This document shows, one piece after another, positions 36,235 to 46,485 of a stretch of DNA of 64,000 nucleotides. Within the stretch, counting starts at the first letter, position 1, and every line of letters begins with the position of its first letter. This DNA is from a virus (Duplodnaviria; Caudoviricetes). The notes below the pieces were generated by a model that saw nothing but the letters and a program-made list of their open reading frames with translations, was not told the origin of the DNA and ran no database searches. The stretch covers positions 1 to 64,000 of IMG/VR virus record IMGVR_UViG_2511231028_000004. One strand, written 5' to 3'. The position numbers were made by a program, and so were the translations under genes.

Positions 36235-36864
36235 ATGAGTTCCGGCGACGAGACGGCTCCGAAGTCCAAGCGCGGCGGTAAACGCCCTGGCGCTGGTCGG
36301 AAGCCGAAGGGACACAAGGCGACCTCAGCGTTGCCGGCGCTCGACCTCGAGGCCGCCCTGGCGGCGCCGGCGCCCGATGACATCGAGTCGACAGCGCAGG
36401 CCTATTCCCGCGGTGCGATCGCCTCGCTGGTGAAGCAGCTCTGCCACGGCAAGAGCGAGAGCTCGAAAGTCAATGCGGCGAACGCGATCCTTGATCGCGG
36501 CTACGGCAAGCCCTCGGTCGACGTCGGGGGTCTCTCGCAGCTCTCGCTGTTCGGCGGCATCCGGCCCGCGGCGGTCGTCGGCGACGAAATCCGGGTCGAG
36601 GCGCGCAAGTACGCCAACCTGGCCATCGAGGTGCTCGGCTCGATCGCCACCCGCGGCGAAACCGAGAGCGCGAGGGTTTCGGCGGCGAAGTCGCTGCTTG
36701 ATCGCGGCGTCGGAACGGTCCAGGTCGCGAAGGTGCCGGAAGGGCTGCAGCCGAAGACGCTGGGCAAGAAGGAAGAGGCCGCAGTGGCCGCCCGCAATGC
36801 CGCCGCTGGCAAATACGCGCCGCCGCCGGCGCCCGGCGCAAGAAGGATTGAGACCGTCCAGTGA
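36235..36864 (+). CDS. Terminase small subunit (putative)
   Basis: RGGKRPGAGRKPK N-terminus; directly before large subunit. Confidence 0.7.
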   Translation: MSSGDETAPKSKRGGKRPGAGRKPKGHKATSALPALDLEAALAAPAPDDIESTAQAYSRGAIASLVKQLCHGKSESSKVNAANAILDRGYGKPSVDVGGLSQLSLFGGIRPAAVVGDEIRVEARKYANLAIEVLGSIATRGETESARVSAAKSLLDRGVGTVQVAKVPEGLQPKTLGKKEEAAVAARNAAAGKYAPPPAPGARRIETVQ

Positions 36865-38804
36865 ACATGATGCCGACGTGGTCGACGGCGTGCCTGGATT
36901 GGAAGCAGCGCATCGTCAACCGGCAATCGCTGGTGACATTCGACGCGCTCTTTCCGGCAGAGGCTGAAGCGGCGCTGTCGATATTCCGAGACCTTCGGAT
37001 CATCGACGTGCCCGGACGCCCGACGATCGAGCAATGTTGCCTGCCGTGGGTCTACGATCTTCCGCGTGCACTCTTCGGCTCATTCGACGCCGACGGGATC
37101 TCGGGAGATGACAACCTCGGGCGCCGGCTTATCCGGTATTTCTTCCTCTGCGTAGCGAAGAAGAACACCAAGTCCACGCTTGCCGCCGGCATCATGGTTA
37201 CTGCGCTCTTGCGCAATTGGCGCGAGAGCGGCGAGTTCTACATCCTGGCGCCGACCAAGGAGGTCGCCGACAATTCGTTCTTCCCCGCGCGCGATATGAT
37301 CCGCGCCGATGAGGAGCTGCTGAAACTGCTGCACGTCCAGGACAGCCAGCGCCTGATCACGCATCGGACGACCGGTGCCTTCCTGAAGGTCGCCGCCGCC
37401 GACAGCGAAACGGTGTCGGGCAAGAAGACGATTGGGCTCCTGATCGACGAGCTCTGGCTGTTTGGCCAGCGCGCCAACGCGGAGTCGATGATCCGCGAAG
37501 CCGAGGGCGGTCTGAACTCTCGTCCGGAAGGGTTCGTGATCTACGCGACGACGCAATCGAACAAACCGCCGTCGGGCATCTTCGATCAGAAGCTGAAGGA
37601 CTTTCGCGATATCCGGGACGGCAAGCTGGTCGATCCACAGAGTCTGCCGATCATCTACGAATTCCCGGAGGAGATGATCAAGTCGAAGGCTTATGAGAAG
37701 CCGGAAAACTGGTTCATCCCCAACCCCAACTGGGGCAAGTCGGTCGATCCGAACTTCCTGATCGGAAAGCGTGCTGAGGCCGCGCGCGGCGGCAAGGCCT
37801 CGCTGATTGACTGGGACGCGAAGTTTCTCAACGTTCAGGCCGGCATGTCGCAGCGTGCCGACGGTTGGGCCGGTGCCGAGCTCTGGGATCGCGGCATCGA
37901 CACGTCGCTCACGCTCGACGCGGTGCTCGATCGGAGCGAAGTCGTGACGATGGGCCTTGACGGCGGCGGTCTCGATGATCTTCTCGGCGCCGGGGTGGTT
38001 GGCCGCGAGAAGGTAACGAAGCGCTGGCTTGGCTGGGCATGTGCGCTCATCTCAACGATCGGGCTTTATCGTCGAAAGGCGAACCTGACCGAGTACAGGA
38101 AGTTCATCGCGTCCGGCGATCTGATCGTGTTTCGCTTTCACAGCAAGGATGCCGAGGAGGCCGAAAGCGACCCGGATGTTGCTGCGCTGCTGGCTGAATT
38201 TCCGCCGGCCATTAGCGTCGAGGGCGAGCTTCCATTCGACATCAAGTTCGTTGTCGACCTGGTGGCGAAGATCCGGGACATTGGCTTGCTTGCCCAGGTC
38301 GGGGTCGACGCTGCCGGCATCGGCGCCATCGTCGACGCGCTGGCCGGCATCGATATTACCCAGGATGCCGAGACGCTCGATGCGGTGCGGCAGGGCATCG
38401 GCCTGATGGGTGCTTACAAGACGGTCGAGCGCAAGCTCGGCGACCGGACCTTCCTCCACTGCGGTTCGGAGCTGCTCAACTGGTGCGTCGGCAATGCGCG
38501 CGTCGTGCTAACGACGACCGCTTCGCGGATCGCCCGCGAAGAAGCCGGCTTTGGAAAGATCGACCCCTTGATCGCGCTCTTCAATGCAGCCCATCTGATG
38601 ACCCTCAATCCGGAAGCTGGCGGACTGTCGGTTTTCGACACCATGGGCGACGACCAAGACCCGCAATCGGATGCTGAATCGGCGGCATCACTCGCCGAAG
38701 AGGCGGCGATCCTCGGCGATCCGCAGCATCCGCGCTTCGAAGAGATGCGCGAACGAGTCAACGCCCGTCTCGCTGCCAACGATACGGATGAATTCTATGC
38801 GTAA
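36861..38804 (+). CDS. Terminase large subunit
   Basis: VAKKNTKST Walker A, LLIDELW Walker B, GLDGGGLDDL, KIDPLIAL. Confidence 0.93.
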   Translation: MNMMPTWSTACLDWKQRIVNRQSLVTFDALFPAEAEAALSIFRDLRIIDVPGRPTIEQCCLPWVYDLPRALFGSFDADGISGDDNLGRRLIRYFFLCVAKKNTKSTLAAGIMVTALLRNWRESGEFYILAPTKEVADNSFFPARDMIRADEELLKLLHVQDSQRLITHRTTGAFLKVAAADSETVSGKKTIGLLIDELWLFGQRANAESMIREAEGGLNSRPEGFVIYATTQSNKPPSGIFDQKLKDFRDIRDGKLVDPQSLPIIYEFPEEMIKSKAYEKPENWFIPNPNWGKSVDPNFLIGKRAEAARGGKASLIDWDAKFLNVQAGMSQRADGWAGAELWDRGIDTSLTLDAVLDRSEVVTMGLDGGGLDDLLGAGVVGREKVTKRWLGWACALISTIGLYRRKANLTEYRKFIASGDLIVFRFHSKDAEEAESDPDVAALLAEFPPAISVEGELPFDIKFVVDLVAKIRDIGLLAQVGVDAAGIGAIVDALAGIDITQDAETLDAVRQGIGLMGAYKTVERKLGDRTFLHCGSELLNWCVGNARVVLTTTASRIAREEAGFGKIDPLIALFNAAHLMTLNPEAGGLSVFDTMGDDQDPQSDAESAASLAEEAAILGDPQHPRFEEMRERVNARLAANDTDEFYA

Positions 38805-39000
38805 CGCCCTTGTTTCGATTGGCAGCTGGCTGGCGCGGACTTTCGACGTCCGCGACGTCATGCTGACGATCGGACTTCTGCTGCTGGCGGGCGGGTTCTA
38901 CCTGGTCTGGCCGCCGGCCGCGCTGATCGTGCCCGGCGCGATCGTCACGGCCGTTGCCGTGTTCGCGAGCCGCATCAACAGCCACGCGGAGGAGGGCTGA
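38797..39000 (+). CDS. Small membrane protein preceding portal
   Basis: Two hydrophobic segments; conserved position in HK97-like phages. Confidence 0.7.
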   Translation: MRNALVSIGSWLARTFDVRDVMLTIGLLLLAGGFYLVWPPAALIVPGAIVTAVAVFASRINSHAEEG

Positions 39001-39001
39001 C

Positions 39002-40384
39002 ATGGGAATCCTCAACCGCATGACCTCCGACCAGCGCTATCCGGGCGCTGCGAGGGTTTCCAATCCTGGCCGCACGCTCGCCGGCGTCGCGATCACGCCG
39101 GATTCGGCAATGATGCTGTCGGCTGTCTGGGCCGCCTTCCGCTATCTGTCGCAGACCGTCGCGGTGCTGCCCTGGCACGTCAAGAAGGACGGCAAGACCG
39201 GCCCGGAGATCCAGTCGTCGCACGGCGTCGACTATCTGTTGTGGAAGCGGCCGAGCAAGGAATGGTCGTCCTTTCAGTTTCGCGAGACGCTGACGCATTG
39301 GGCGTTGCGCTGGGGCAACGGCTATGCCGAGATCGAGCAGGATCAGCTCGGCCGCCCCTTCGCCATGTGGCCGATCCATCCGGAGCGCGTGCGGGTCTGT
39401 CGCGCAACCGACCATGAAGTCGACGCGTACGGCGATCCGATCGAGCCGGGCGATCTCTATTACGAGATCGACCAGCGCGGTACGACGATGGGTGGGGCGA
39501 CCATCCTCGCGGCGAAGAACATGTTCCACATTCGCGGATTCGGCGAAGGACCGGTCGGCGTCAACGTGATTGCATATGCCGCCCAGTCGCTGGGCTGGGC
39601 GCGTGCCGCGCAATTGTTCGGCGCGGCCTTCTTCGGCAACGGCATGAATCCTGCCGGTGTCGTCATCAACAAGAAGCCGTTGAAGCCGGATGGGCTGAAG
39701 CGCCAGAAGGCTGAGTTCGATCAGCTCTACAAAGGGCCGAACAACGCCAACCGGACCGCATTCCTGGACAATGAAGCCGACTGGAAGCCGATCGGCTTCA
39801 ATGCCCAGAACTCGCAGCTGATCGAGGTGCACCAGTTCCTGATCGAGGAGCAGTGTCGGTGGACCGGCGCACCGCCGCACAAGGTCATGCACCTGCTGCG
39901 GGCGACGTTCACCAACATCGAATCCCAGGGCATCGAAGTCGTCGTCGACAGCATCTCGCCTTGGGTGAAGCGCTTCGAGGATGAGGCCGAGTTCAAGCTG
40001 TTCGGCCAGAACCGCCAGAAGCTCTACACCAAGATCGACATGCGCGCCCTGATGCGCGGCGACATGGCGGCGCGCATCGCATACTACAAGGGTATGACGT
40101 CGATCGGCGCCTATTCGCCGAACCGGGTGCTCGAGCTCGAGGACGAGAACACGCTCGGCCCCGAGGGTGACATCCACACCATGCAGGGTCAGAACGTCAC
40201 GTTGAAGCAGATCGCAGAGGGCAAGGTTGAGACCGCGCCTGGCGCGCCGCCGGCGCCGACCGAGAGCGACGACGCCGAGCCGGCCACGCCGCCAGAAGTC
40301 GGTGAGGACGAAGAGACCCAAGCGCGTATCGCCCGACGGCTTTACGCGATCGAGCAGCTGATGGGCGAGCCGGCACATGTCTAA
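39002..40384 (+). CDS. Portal protein (HK97 family)
   Basis: [40 protein letters not shown]. Confidence 0.95.
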   Translation: MGILNRMTSDQRYPGAARVSNPGRTLAGVAITPDSAMMLSAVWAAFRYLSQTVAVLPWHVKKDGKTGPEIQSSHGVDYLLWKRPSKEWSSFQFRETLTHWALRWGNGYAEIEQDQLGRPFAMWPIHPERVRVCRATDHEVDAYGDPIEPGDLYYEIDQRGTTMGGATILAAKNMFHIRGFGEGPVGVNVIAYAAQSLGWARAAQLFGAAFFGNGMNPAGVVINKKPLKPDGLKRQKAEFDQLYKGPNNANRTAFLDNEADWKPIGFNAQNSQLIEVHQFLIEEQCRWTGAPPHKVMHLLRATFTNIESQGIEVVVDSISPWVKRFEDEAEFKLFGQNRQKLYTKIDMRALMRGDMAARIAYYKGMTSIGAYSPNRVLELEDENTLGPEGDIHTMQGQNVTLKQIAEGKVETAPGAPPAPTESDDAEPATPPEVGEDEETQARIARRLYAIEQLMGEPAHV

Positions 40385-41345
40385 ATCCCCCGTGATGCTC
40401 GCGCGCAGCGAAGCCTCGCCGCCGGAAAAGCCGGTGTCGCTGCTGGAGCGGACCGTTGCGCTGGTCGAGCGTCTCGTCGGTCGCGTCAGCGCGCTCGAGC
40501 AGAAGCCGCTCGGCCGTGACGGTCGCGATGGTATCCAGGGCGAGCGCGGTCCTGTCGGAGAAGCCGGGCCGCGCGGTGAGGTGGGTCCGGTCGGCGAGCG
40601 CGGTGAACAAGGCATGCCCGGCGAGGTTGGCCCTTCCGGCCCGCGCGGCGAGGCGGGCGAGCGCGGTCCGGTGGGGGAAACCGGACCACGTGGCGAGGCA
40701 GGCCCGGTTGGCGAGCGCGGTGAACAAGGCGTCCCCGGCGAGGTTGGCGAACGCGGTGAGCGCGGTCCACAGGGAGAGGCTGGCCCGCGCGGCGAAGCGG
40801 GTCCGCAGGGCGAACGCGGCGAGCGCGGTGAGCAAGGTTTGCGCGGTGAAGGCGGCCCTGTCGGCGAGCGCGGTCCGGCTGGCGAGGCCGGCCCGCGCGG
40901 TGAAGCCGGTCCGGCTGGTCCGATCGGCCGCGATGGGCGCGATGGTTTGCCGGGTGTCCAAGGCGAACGCGGTCCGCAGGGTGAAGCCGGCCCGACGGGC
41001 GAGGTCGGTCCGCAGGGCGAACCGGGTCTACGCGGCGAAGCCGGCGAGCCGGGTCCGCGCGGCGAGGGTGGTCCGATGGGCCCGCAGGGCGATGCCGGGC
41101 CGCAAGGGCCGCGGGGCGAGCCAGGCGAGCCTGGCCCCCGTGGTGAGCAGGGACTGCCGGGCCCGATGGGCAAGCAGGGCCCGCGCGGCGAGGTCGGTCC
41201 CGTCGGCCCGCGCGGCGAGCCTGGTGTCAGCATCGAGATCGGCGATGTCTTCCGAGCCGGCATCACGGCAAAGGACCTCGACCGCGTCATGGTCCGGGAG
41301 ATCACCATCAATGGCGAGACCTTCCAGGTTCTCGTTCCGAATTGA
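40377..41345 (+). CDS. Collagen-like protein (80 uninterrupted Gly-X-Y triplets)
   Basis: 45-aa N-terminal coiled coil + 240-aa G-X-Y + 37-aa C-terminal domain. Confidence 0.93.
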   Translation: MSKSPVMLARSEASPPEKPVSLLERTVALVERLVGRVSALEQKPLGRDGRDGIQGERGPVGEAGPRGEVGPVGERGEQGMPGEVGPSGPRGEAGERGPVGETGPRGEAGPVGERGEQGVPGEVGERGERGPQGEAGPRGEAGPQGERGERGEQGLRGEGGPVGERGPAGEAGPRGEAGPAGPIGRDGRDGLPGVQGERGPQGEAGPTGEVGPQGEPGLRGEAGEPGPRGEGGPMGPQGDAGPQGPRGEPGEPGPRGEQGLPGPMGKQGPRGEVGPVGPRGEPGVSIEIGDVFRAGITAKDLDRVMVREITINGETFQVLVPN

Positions 41346-41352
41346 GGGCAGC

Positions 41353-42093
41353 ATGAGCAAGCATCTCTTTCCGATCTTCAACGCCGTGGTGCCGATCAAG
41401 GCCAAGCCCGCCGCGGGCGCCAAGCCGAGCGGCTATCGCGTCGTCGTCAACAAGGCAAAGGACAGCGCCGAGATCTACGTCTATGGCGTGATCGGCGGCG
41501 ACTGGTTCGGCGAGGGCGTCACAGCGAAGCAATTCGCCGACGACCTCAAGGCGCTCGGCAGCGTCAAGACGATCGACCTGCGGATCAATTCCGAAGGCGG
41601 CTCGGTGTTCGACGGCAAGGCGATGTATTCGCTGCTCAACGAGCACAAGGCGAGGAAGATCGTGCACATCGACGGGCTGGCCGCCTCGGCCGCCTCGTTC
41701 TTGGCGATGGCCGGCGACGAGATCGAGATCGCCGAGGGCGCCTTCGTGATGATCCACAACGCCTATACCATCGCGATGGGCGATGCGCGCGAGCTGCGCC
41801 GCTCGGCCGAGATGCTGGACACTGTCAACAACACAATCATCGACGTCTATGCCGCGCGCACCAAGGCCGAGCGCAAGAAGATCGTGCAGTGGATGGACGA
41901 CGAGACATGGATGACCGGCGCCGAAGCCGTCGAGAACGGTTTTGCCGATCGCATGGTTGAGAACCTGAAGGTCGCGGCCTGCGTCAGCAATCCGAAGGCA
42001 CTGGAAACCTTCAAGAAGGTTCCGTCAGCGCTGAAGCCGAACAACCGCCGCGCCGCTGCCGCTTTCGCGCGCATCGCGGCGCTGAAGGCCTGA
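41353..42093 (+). CDS. ClpP-like head maturation protease
   Basis: [32 protein letters not shown]. Confidence 0.93.
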   Translation: MSKHLFPIFNAVVPIKAKPAAGAKPSGYRVVVNKAKDSAEIYVYGVIGGDWFGEGVTAKQFADDLKALGSVKTIDLRINSEGGSVFDGKAMYSLLNEHKARKIVHIDGLAASAASFLAMAGDEIEIAEGAFVMIHNAYTIAMGDARELRRSAEMLDTVNNTIIDVYAARTKAERKKIVQWMDDETWMTGAEAVENGFADRMVENLKVAACVSNPKALETFKKVPSALKPNNRRAAAAFARIAALKA

Positions 42094-42221
42094 CACCGAG
42101 ATTCCGTCTGCAGACGGATACGCGCCGCAGTGATGCGCCGCGTCAATCGCGACCGATGTGAGATCGGCCGCATCACAGGTCCCGCCGTGAGGCGAGACAG
42201 CCCATAGAAGGACAGAATTCT

Positions 42222-43670
42222 ATGACCATGAAGAGCGCCCTTCTGGGCGATTACTCGCGTCTCGCCGCTCTCGCTGCGCTTGGCGCTGTCTCCCTCGGTG
42301 CGATCCGCATGGACGCGCCGGTGCTCGCTGACCTCGAGGCGCGCGTCGTCGAGATCAACGCCGCACTCGATGCCTTCCGCGTCCGCGCCGAAGCCGGCGA
42401 GGATCTCACGGACGAAGAGACCGCTGAAATCGAGGAGAGCGCCGGCGAGCTCGAAAAGCTCACCAAGAAGATCAAGGCGCTGAAGCTGCTGCAGCCCACC
42501 GGCCAGGGCCGCCGCAGCGCGCCGGAAGCGCGGACCGAGCCTGCGGGCGGCGGCCAGCGCCGCACCGTCCCGGCCGAACCGCGTCAGGACAACCAGCGCC
42601 ATGGCTTCCGCTCGTTCGGCAGCTTTGCCCAGTCGGTGCTCAACCACTACCGTGGCAACGTCACGGAAGAGGTCGGACGGCTCCGCAACATCGCCACCAC
42701 CTATGGCGGCGAGGGTGTCGGTGCGGACGGCGGCTTCCTGATCCCGCCGACCTTCTCTCAGGAGATCTGGCAGAAGGTGATGGCGGAGGAGAACCTGCTC
42801 AGCCGCTGTACCCCGCTGACGACCGACGGCAACAGCATGATGATCCCGAAGGACGAGACTACGCCGTGGCAGACGTCCGGCGGCGTCCAGGTCTATTGGG
42901 AAGGCGAGGCGCAAGTCCCGTCCGCATCCAAGCCGCTGCTCGAGCTTGGCAACTTCCGGCTTTGCAAGCTGATGGGCATCGTGCCCATCAGCGAGGAGAT
43001 GATGCAGGATGCCTCGGGCCTCGAATCCTGGTTGCGTGCCAAGGCGCCGAGCAAGATGGTGGCCAAGATCAACACCGCCATCATCGCCGGCACCGGTGTC
43101 GGCCAGCCGCTCGGCATCATCCCGGGCTACGGCGCGGTCGGCGCGTCCGTCGTCCAGGTCAGCAAGGCCACCTCGCAGCCGGCCGACACGCTCTGGATGG
43201 CCAACGTCGAAGACATGTATTCCCGCATGTACTCCGGCTGGCGGCGCAACGGGATCTGGCTGATCAACCAGGATCTCGAGCCGCAGCTCAACCGCATGGC
43301 GTTCCAGGCAGCCGGTGCGTCGTCTCTGTTGCCGGGCACCAATCCGGTGCCCGCCTACATGCCGGCCGGCGGGCTGTCGAACTCGCCCTATGCGACGCTG
43401 AAGGGACGCCCGGTGGTGCCGCTCGAGGCCTGCGCCGCGATCGGCGATCTCGGCGACATCATCTTTGCCGATCTCAGCCAGTATTGGGCGCTGACCAAGG
43501 CTAATGGCGGCGTTCAGACCGACAGTTCAATCCATCTCTATTTCGACCAGGCGCTGACCGCGTTCCGGTTCATTTTCCGGGTCAACGGCCAGCCGGCATG
43601 GTCTTCGACCATCGCCCGTCAGAACGGCAGCAACACGCTGTCCTGGGCCGTCGCGCTGCAAGCGCGCTGA
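42222..43670 (+). CDS. Major capsid protein (HK97 fold, with delta domain)
   Basis: GADGGFLIPPTF, YWEGE, AIIAGTGVGQPLGII, LKGRPV, GDIIFADL. Confidence 0.95.
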   Translation: MTMKSALLGDYSRLAALAALGAVSLGAIRMDAPVLADLEARVVEINAALDAFRVRAEAGEDLTDEETAEIEESAGELEKLTKKIKALKLLQPTGQGRRSAPEARTEPAGGGQRRTVPAEPRQDNQRHGFRSFGSFAQSVLNHYRGNVTEEVGRLRNIATTYGGEGVGADGGFLIPPTFSQEIWQKVMAEENLLSRCTPLTTDGNSMMIPKDETTPWQTSGGVQVYWEGEAQVPSASKPLLELGNFRLCKLMGIVPISEEMMQDASGLESWLRAKAPSKMVAKINTAIIAGTGVGQPLGIIPGYGAVGASVVQVSKATSQPADTLWMANVEDMYSRMYSGWRRNGIWLINQDLEPQLNRMAFQAAGASSLLPGTNPVPAYMPAGGLSNSPYATLKGRPVVPLEACAAIGDLGDIIFADLSQYWALTKANGGVQTDSSIHLYFDQALTAFRFIFRVNGQPAWSSTIARQNGSNTLSWAVALQAR

Positions 43671-43798
43671 TCGAACCAATGACGATGCCGCGCGCCGCCT
43701 GACCGCTGGCGCGCGGCCCATCTCTTCCCCGAATTGCTCCGGCGCCGGCGCGGATGTTGCCAGAGGCGCTCTCCTCATTCCCAAAAGGGAAATCTGCC

Positions 43799-44338
43799 AT
43801 GAAGAACGCTCACTTCGTCGAGAAGAACCAGGTGGTGCTCGGCTTCAAGCCGGTCGCAATGAACACCGCGGCCAACAATGGCGACTATGTCAGCCTGAAA
43901 GGCTATGCCCGCTGCGCCGTGATCTTCATCAAGGCGGTCGGCACCGCCGGCGACGATCCGACCCTGTCGTTCAAGCAGGCGACCGACGTGTCCGGTACCG
44001 GCGTCAAGGCGCTCGGCGTCACCCGCATCGACAAGAAGCAGGCAGCGACCGACCTGACCGCGGTCGGCACGTTCACCAAGTCGACGACGGACTCGCCGGC
44101 GACCAATGACACCTTCAACACCACGAATGGCACCTGGACCAATTCGGACCTTGCCGAGCAGGCGGCGATCGTCGTCGCCGACATCAAGGCCGAGGATCTC
44201 GACATCGCCAACGGCTTCGACTGCATCACCTGCAACGTCGGCGACGTCGGCACCAATGCCCAGCTCGGCACGCTGATCTTCGTGCTGCATGAGCCGCGCA
44301 ACATGAAGGAAACGCTGGATTCGGCGATCGTCGACTGA
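43799..44338 (+). CDS. Putative capsid decoration protein
   Basis: Beta-rich protein directly after capsid; NGDYVSLKGY. Confidence 0.55.
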   Translation: MKNAHFVEKNQVVLGFKPVAMNTAANNGDYVSLKGYARCAVIFIKAVGTAGDDPTLSFKQATDVSGTGVKALGVTRIDKKQAATDLTAVGTFTKSTTDSPATNDTFNTTNGTWTNSDLAEQAAIVVADIKAEDLDIANGFDCITCNVGDVGTNAQLGTLIFVLHEPRNMKETLDSAIVD

Positions 44339-44361
44339 CGGCGTTCGAACCCCGATGAGAT

Positions 44362-44387
44362 GAGGCTCCGGCATTTGCCGGAGCCTC
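44362..44387 (+). terminator. Hairpin after capsid/decoration genes
   Basis: GAGGCTCCGGC-ATTT-GCCGGAGCCTC. Confidence 0.65.
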
Positions 44388-44421
44388 TTCACCGCCAACT
44401 CAAGAACCAGCGAGTCCTGTC

Positions 44422-44820
44422 ATGAAAGTCAAGATGCTCGTCACCCCGCCCGGTGGCCGCCGCGAATTCGAGAAGGGCGAGACCTACGATCTCGAGGAGA
44501 GCTACGCGAAGAAGTTCATCTCGCGCAGCTGGGCCGAGCCCGCCGACAAGGCGGCGGAACGGGCCGCGAAGGAAGAGCAGGAGCGTTCTGCTGCGACAGC
44601 CAAGGCCAAGACCGAGCAGGAGGCCAGGGACAAGGCGGCGGCGCAACTCGCGGCCAGGCTCGAAGCCCGCGGGAAGATCATGATCCCGGCCGACATCTCG
44701 AATTTGTCCGCCGGCGATGTCATCAAGCTCGCCCAGTCGCTGAGCGATGACCAGATCAAGACTCCTGACGACGCGATGAAGGCGATCGAGACCGAAAAGG
44801 CTCGCCGCAACCCTACGTGA
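44422..44820 (+). CDS. Hypothetical head-region protein
   Basis: MKVKML..GETYDL..AKKFISRSWAEP, typical small head-associated domain. Confidence 0.7.
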   Translation: MKVKMLVTPPGGRREFEKGETYDLEESYAKKFISRSWAEPADKAAERAAKEEQERSAATAKAKTEQEARDKAAAQLAARLEARGKIMIPADISNLSAGDVIKLAQSLSDDQIKTPDDAMKAIETEKARRNPT

Positions 44821-45140
44821 CGCCGGAAGGCGATCGTCTCGATCGCCATCTCCGCACCTCGATCTTCGAGCTCTCGAAACCAGACGAGCAAGCCACCATG
44901 CGCGGACTCCAGCGGCTGGCCAACGTGACCGGCAATTTGATGAAGCAAGCGGACGCCGAGGCCGATGCCGCGGCGTCCGAGCTCGAGGCCGCCTATGCCG
45001 AGCAGGTGAGCGTCGCGAAGCGCTACTCGGCCTTCGCCAAGCAGGTCTCGCAGGCCTCGAAAGAGGCGATCGATAACCTCAACCAGATCAGCAACATCCC
45101 TTTGCCGGAGTCCGAAGGCTCCGGGAATTCGCAGGGCTGA
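44817..45140 (+). CDS. Hypothetical coiled-coil protein
   Basis: GTGA coupling. Confidence 0.6.
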   Translation: MTPEGDRLDRHLRTSIFELSKPDEQATMRGLQRLANVTGNLMKQADAEADAAASELEAAYAEQVSVAKRYSAFAKQVSQASKEAIDNLNQISNIPLPESEGSGNSQG

Positions 45141-45143
45141 CCG

Positions 45144-45683
45144 GTGATCGACCCGTCTGCGCAAATCCACCGGCTTGCGCTGGTTGAGGATTCCGAGATC
45201 GGTCCGCGGAGCCGCGTCTGGCAGTTCGCCAGCGTGATCCGGGGGACCGTTCTCGGCGCCGACTGCAACGTCGCATCCTGCGCGACGCTCGACGGGCCCG
45301 TCTTCGGCGACCGCTGTATCATTTCGCAGGGCGCTGCGATGGGACCCGGGTTTCGGTTCGGCAGCGACATCTTCGTCGGGCCGAACGTCACGATCTGCAA
45401 TGACCGCTGGCCGCGTGTGAGCAAGTCCGGATTCGACGCAGAGGCGTTCCGGCGCGGCGACTTCACCGTAGTGGTGAAGGATGGCGCCACGATCGGGGCG
45501 AACGCCGTGGTGTTGCCGGGCGTGATCATCGGCAAGCGGGTCATGGTCGCCGCCGGCGCGGTGGTCGATCGCGATATTCCGGACGACCACCTGTTCCGGC
45601 GCGACGGCCGGATAACACCTTTCAACCCGCGACGCAGTCCGCAGCGCATGCGCATCGTGCTGATGCGGCAGGAGGTGGCGTAA
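45144..45683 (+). CDS. Hexapeptide-repeat sugar N-acetyltransferase (FdtC/WbpD-like)
   Basis: IGPRSRVWQFA, VGPNVTICND..PR, GATIGANAVVLPGVIIG..MVAAGAVV. Confidence 0.88.
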   Translation: MIDPSAQIHRLALVEDSEIGPRSRVWQFASVIRGTVLGADCNVASCATLDGPVFGDRCIISQGAAMGPGFRFGSDIFVGPNVTICNDRWPRVSKSGFDAEAFRRGDFTVVVKDGATIGANAVVLPGVIIGKRVMVAAGAVVDRDIPDDHLFRRDGRITPFNPRRSPQRMRIVLMRQEVA

Positions 45684-46297
45684 TGCTGACGGTCGCCACG
45701 CTGCTTTGGGACCCGAACGAGGCCTCGCTGCCGTTCTCGCGCTGCTATGACGAGTCCTGGGTGCGCAAGCTCCACGACGGCTTCGACCGGCACCTGAAGC
45801 AACCGTTCCGGTTCGTGTTGTTCACCGATCGTGACCGGCGGCTGCCGGCGCATATCGAGCAGGTCCGGATGAAGGCGAAGCCCCCGGACTATTCGTCCTG
45901 CATCGAGCCGTATCGGTTCGGCGTGCCGATGATCCTGGTCGGTCTCGACACGATCATCACGGGTCCCATCGACCATCTGGCCAATTACTGCTTGAACGCC
46001 TCGACCATCGCTTTGCCGCGCGATCCCTTCATGCCATCGCGCGCATGCAACGGCGTGGCGCTGATTCCGGAAGGGCAGCAGCACGTCTGGCGCAACCACC
46101 GCGGCGAAAACGATATGGAATGGATGAGGGCGCAGGATCACGTCTTCATCGACGATTTGTTTCCCGGGCAGGTGCAGAGCTTCAAGGGCCATGTCCGTGA
46201 CCGTGGGCTGGCCGATACCCGGATTTGCTACTTTCACGGTGAGCAGAAGCCGCACCAGCTGCCACACGTGCCGTGGATCGCGGAGCATTGGCGATGA
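45683..46297 (+). CDS. Putative GT-A (GT8-like) glycosyltransferase
   Basis: Y..SWV.KL, FVLFTD, GLDTII (degenerate DxD), ACNG, YFHGEQKP. Confidence 0.65.
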   Translation: MLTVATLLWDPNEASLPFSRCYDESWVRKLHDGFDRHLKQPFRFVLFTDRDRRLPAHIEQVRMKAKPPDYSSCIEPYRFGVPMILVGLDTIITGPIDHLANYCLNASTIALPRDPFMPSRACNGVALIPEGQQHVWRNHRGENDMEWMRAQDHVFIDDLFPGQVQSFKGHVRDRGLADTRICYFHGEQKPHQLPHVPWIAEHWR

Positions 46298-46485
46298 AGG
46301 TTGAAGATTGCTTCGTCAATGAGCGCGGGAATGCGATCAGAATGGTCGTAACCGGCGGGGGATCGTTGTCGACTTCGGTGAAGATATTCATGGCTGGCCC
46401 AACTAGCACGGTGACCAACGAAATCACCTTGATGGAAGCGCGGCGCTTGCGTGATCTTCTTAATGAGGTTGTCGGACAGCAATGA
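46294..46485 (+). CDS. Hypothetical protein
   Basis: ATGA overlaps on both sides. Confidence 0.55.
   Translation: MKVEDCFVNERGNAIRMVVTGGGSLSTSVKIFMAGPTSTVTNEITLMEARRLRDLLNEVVGQQ

Noticed and set aside
36861-38804. Inactive terminase because Walker A reads KKNTKST
   Set aside because: I recall this variant from other HK97-like terminases; Walker B and nuclease acidic residues are intact.
38975-41311. 778-aa minus-strand ORF with SPRGP repeats
   Set aside because: Antisense shadow of the collagen and portal genes.
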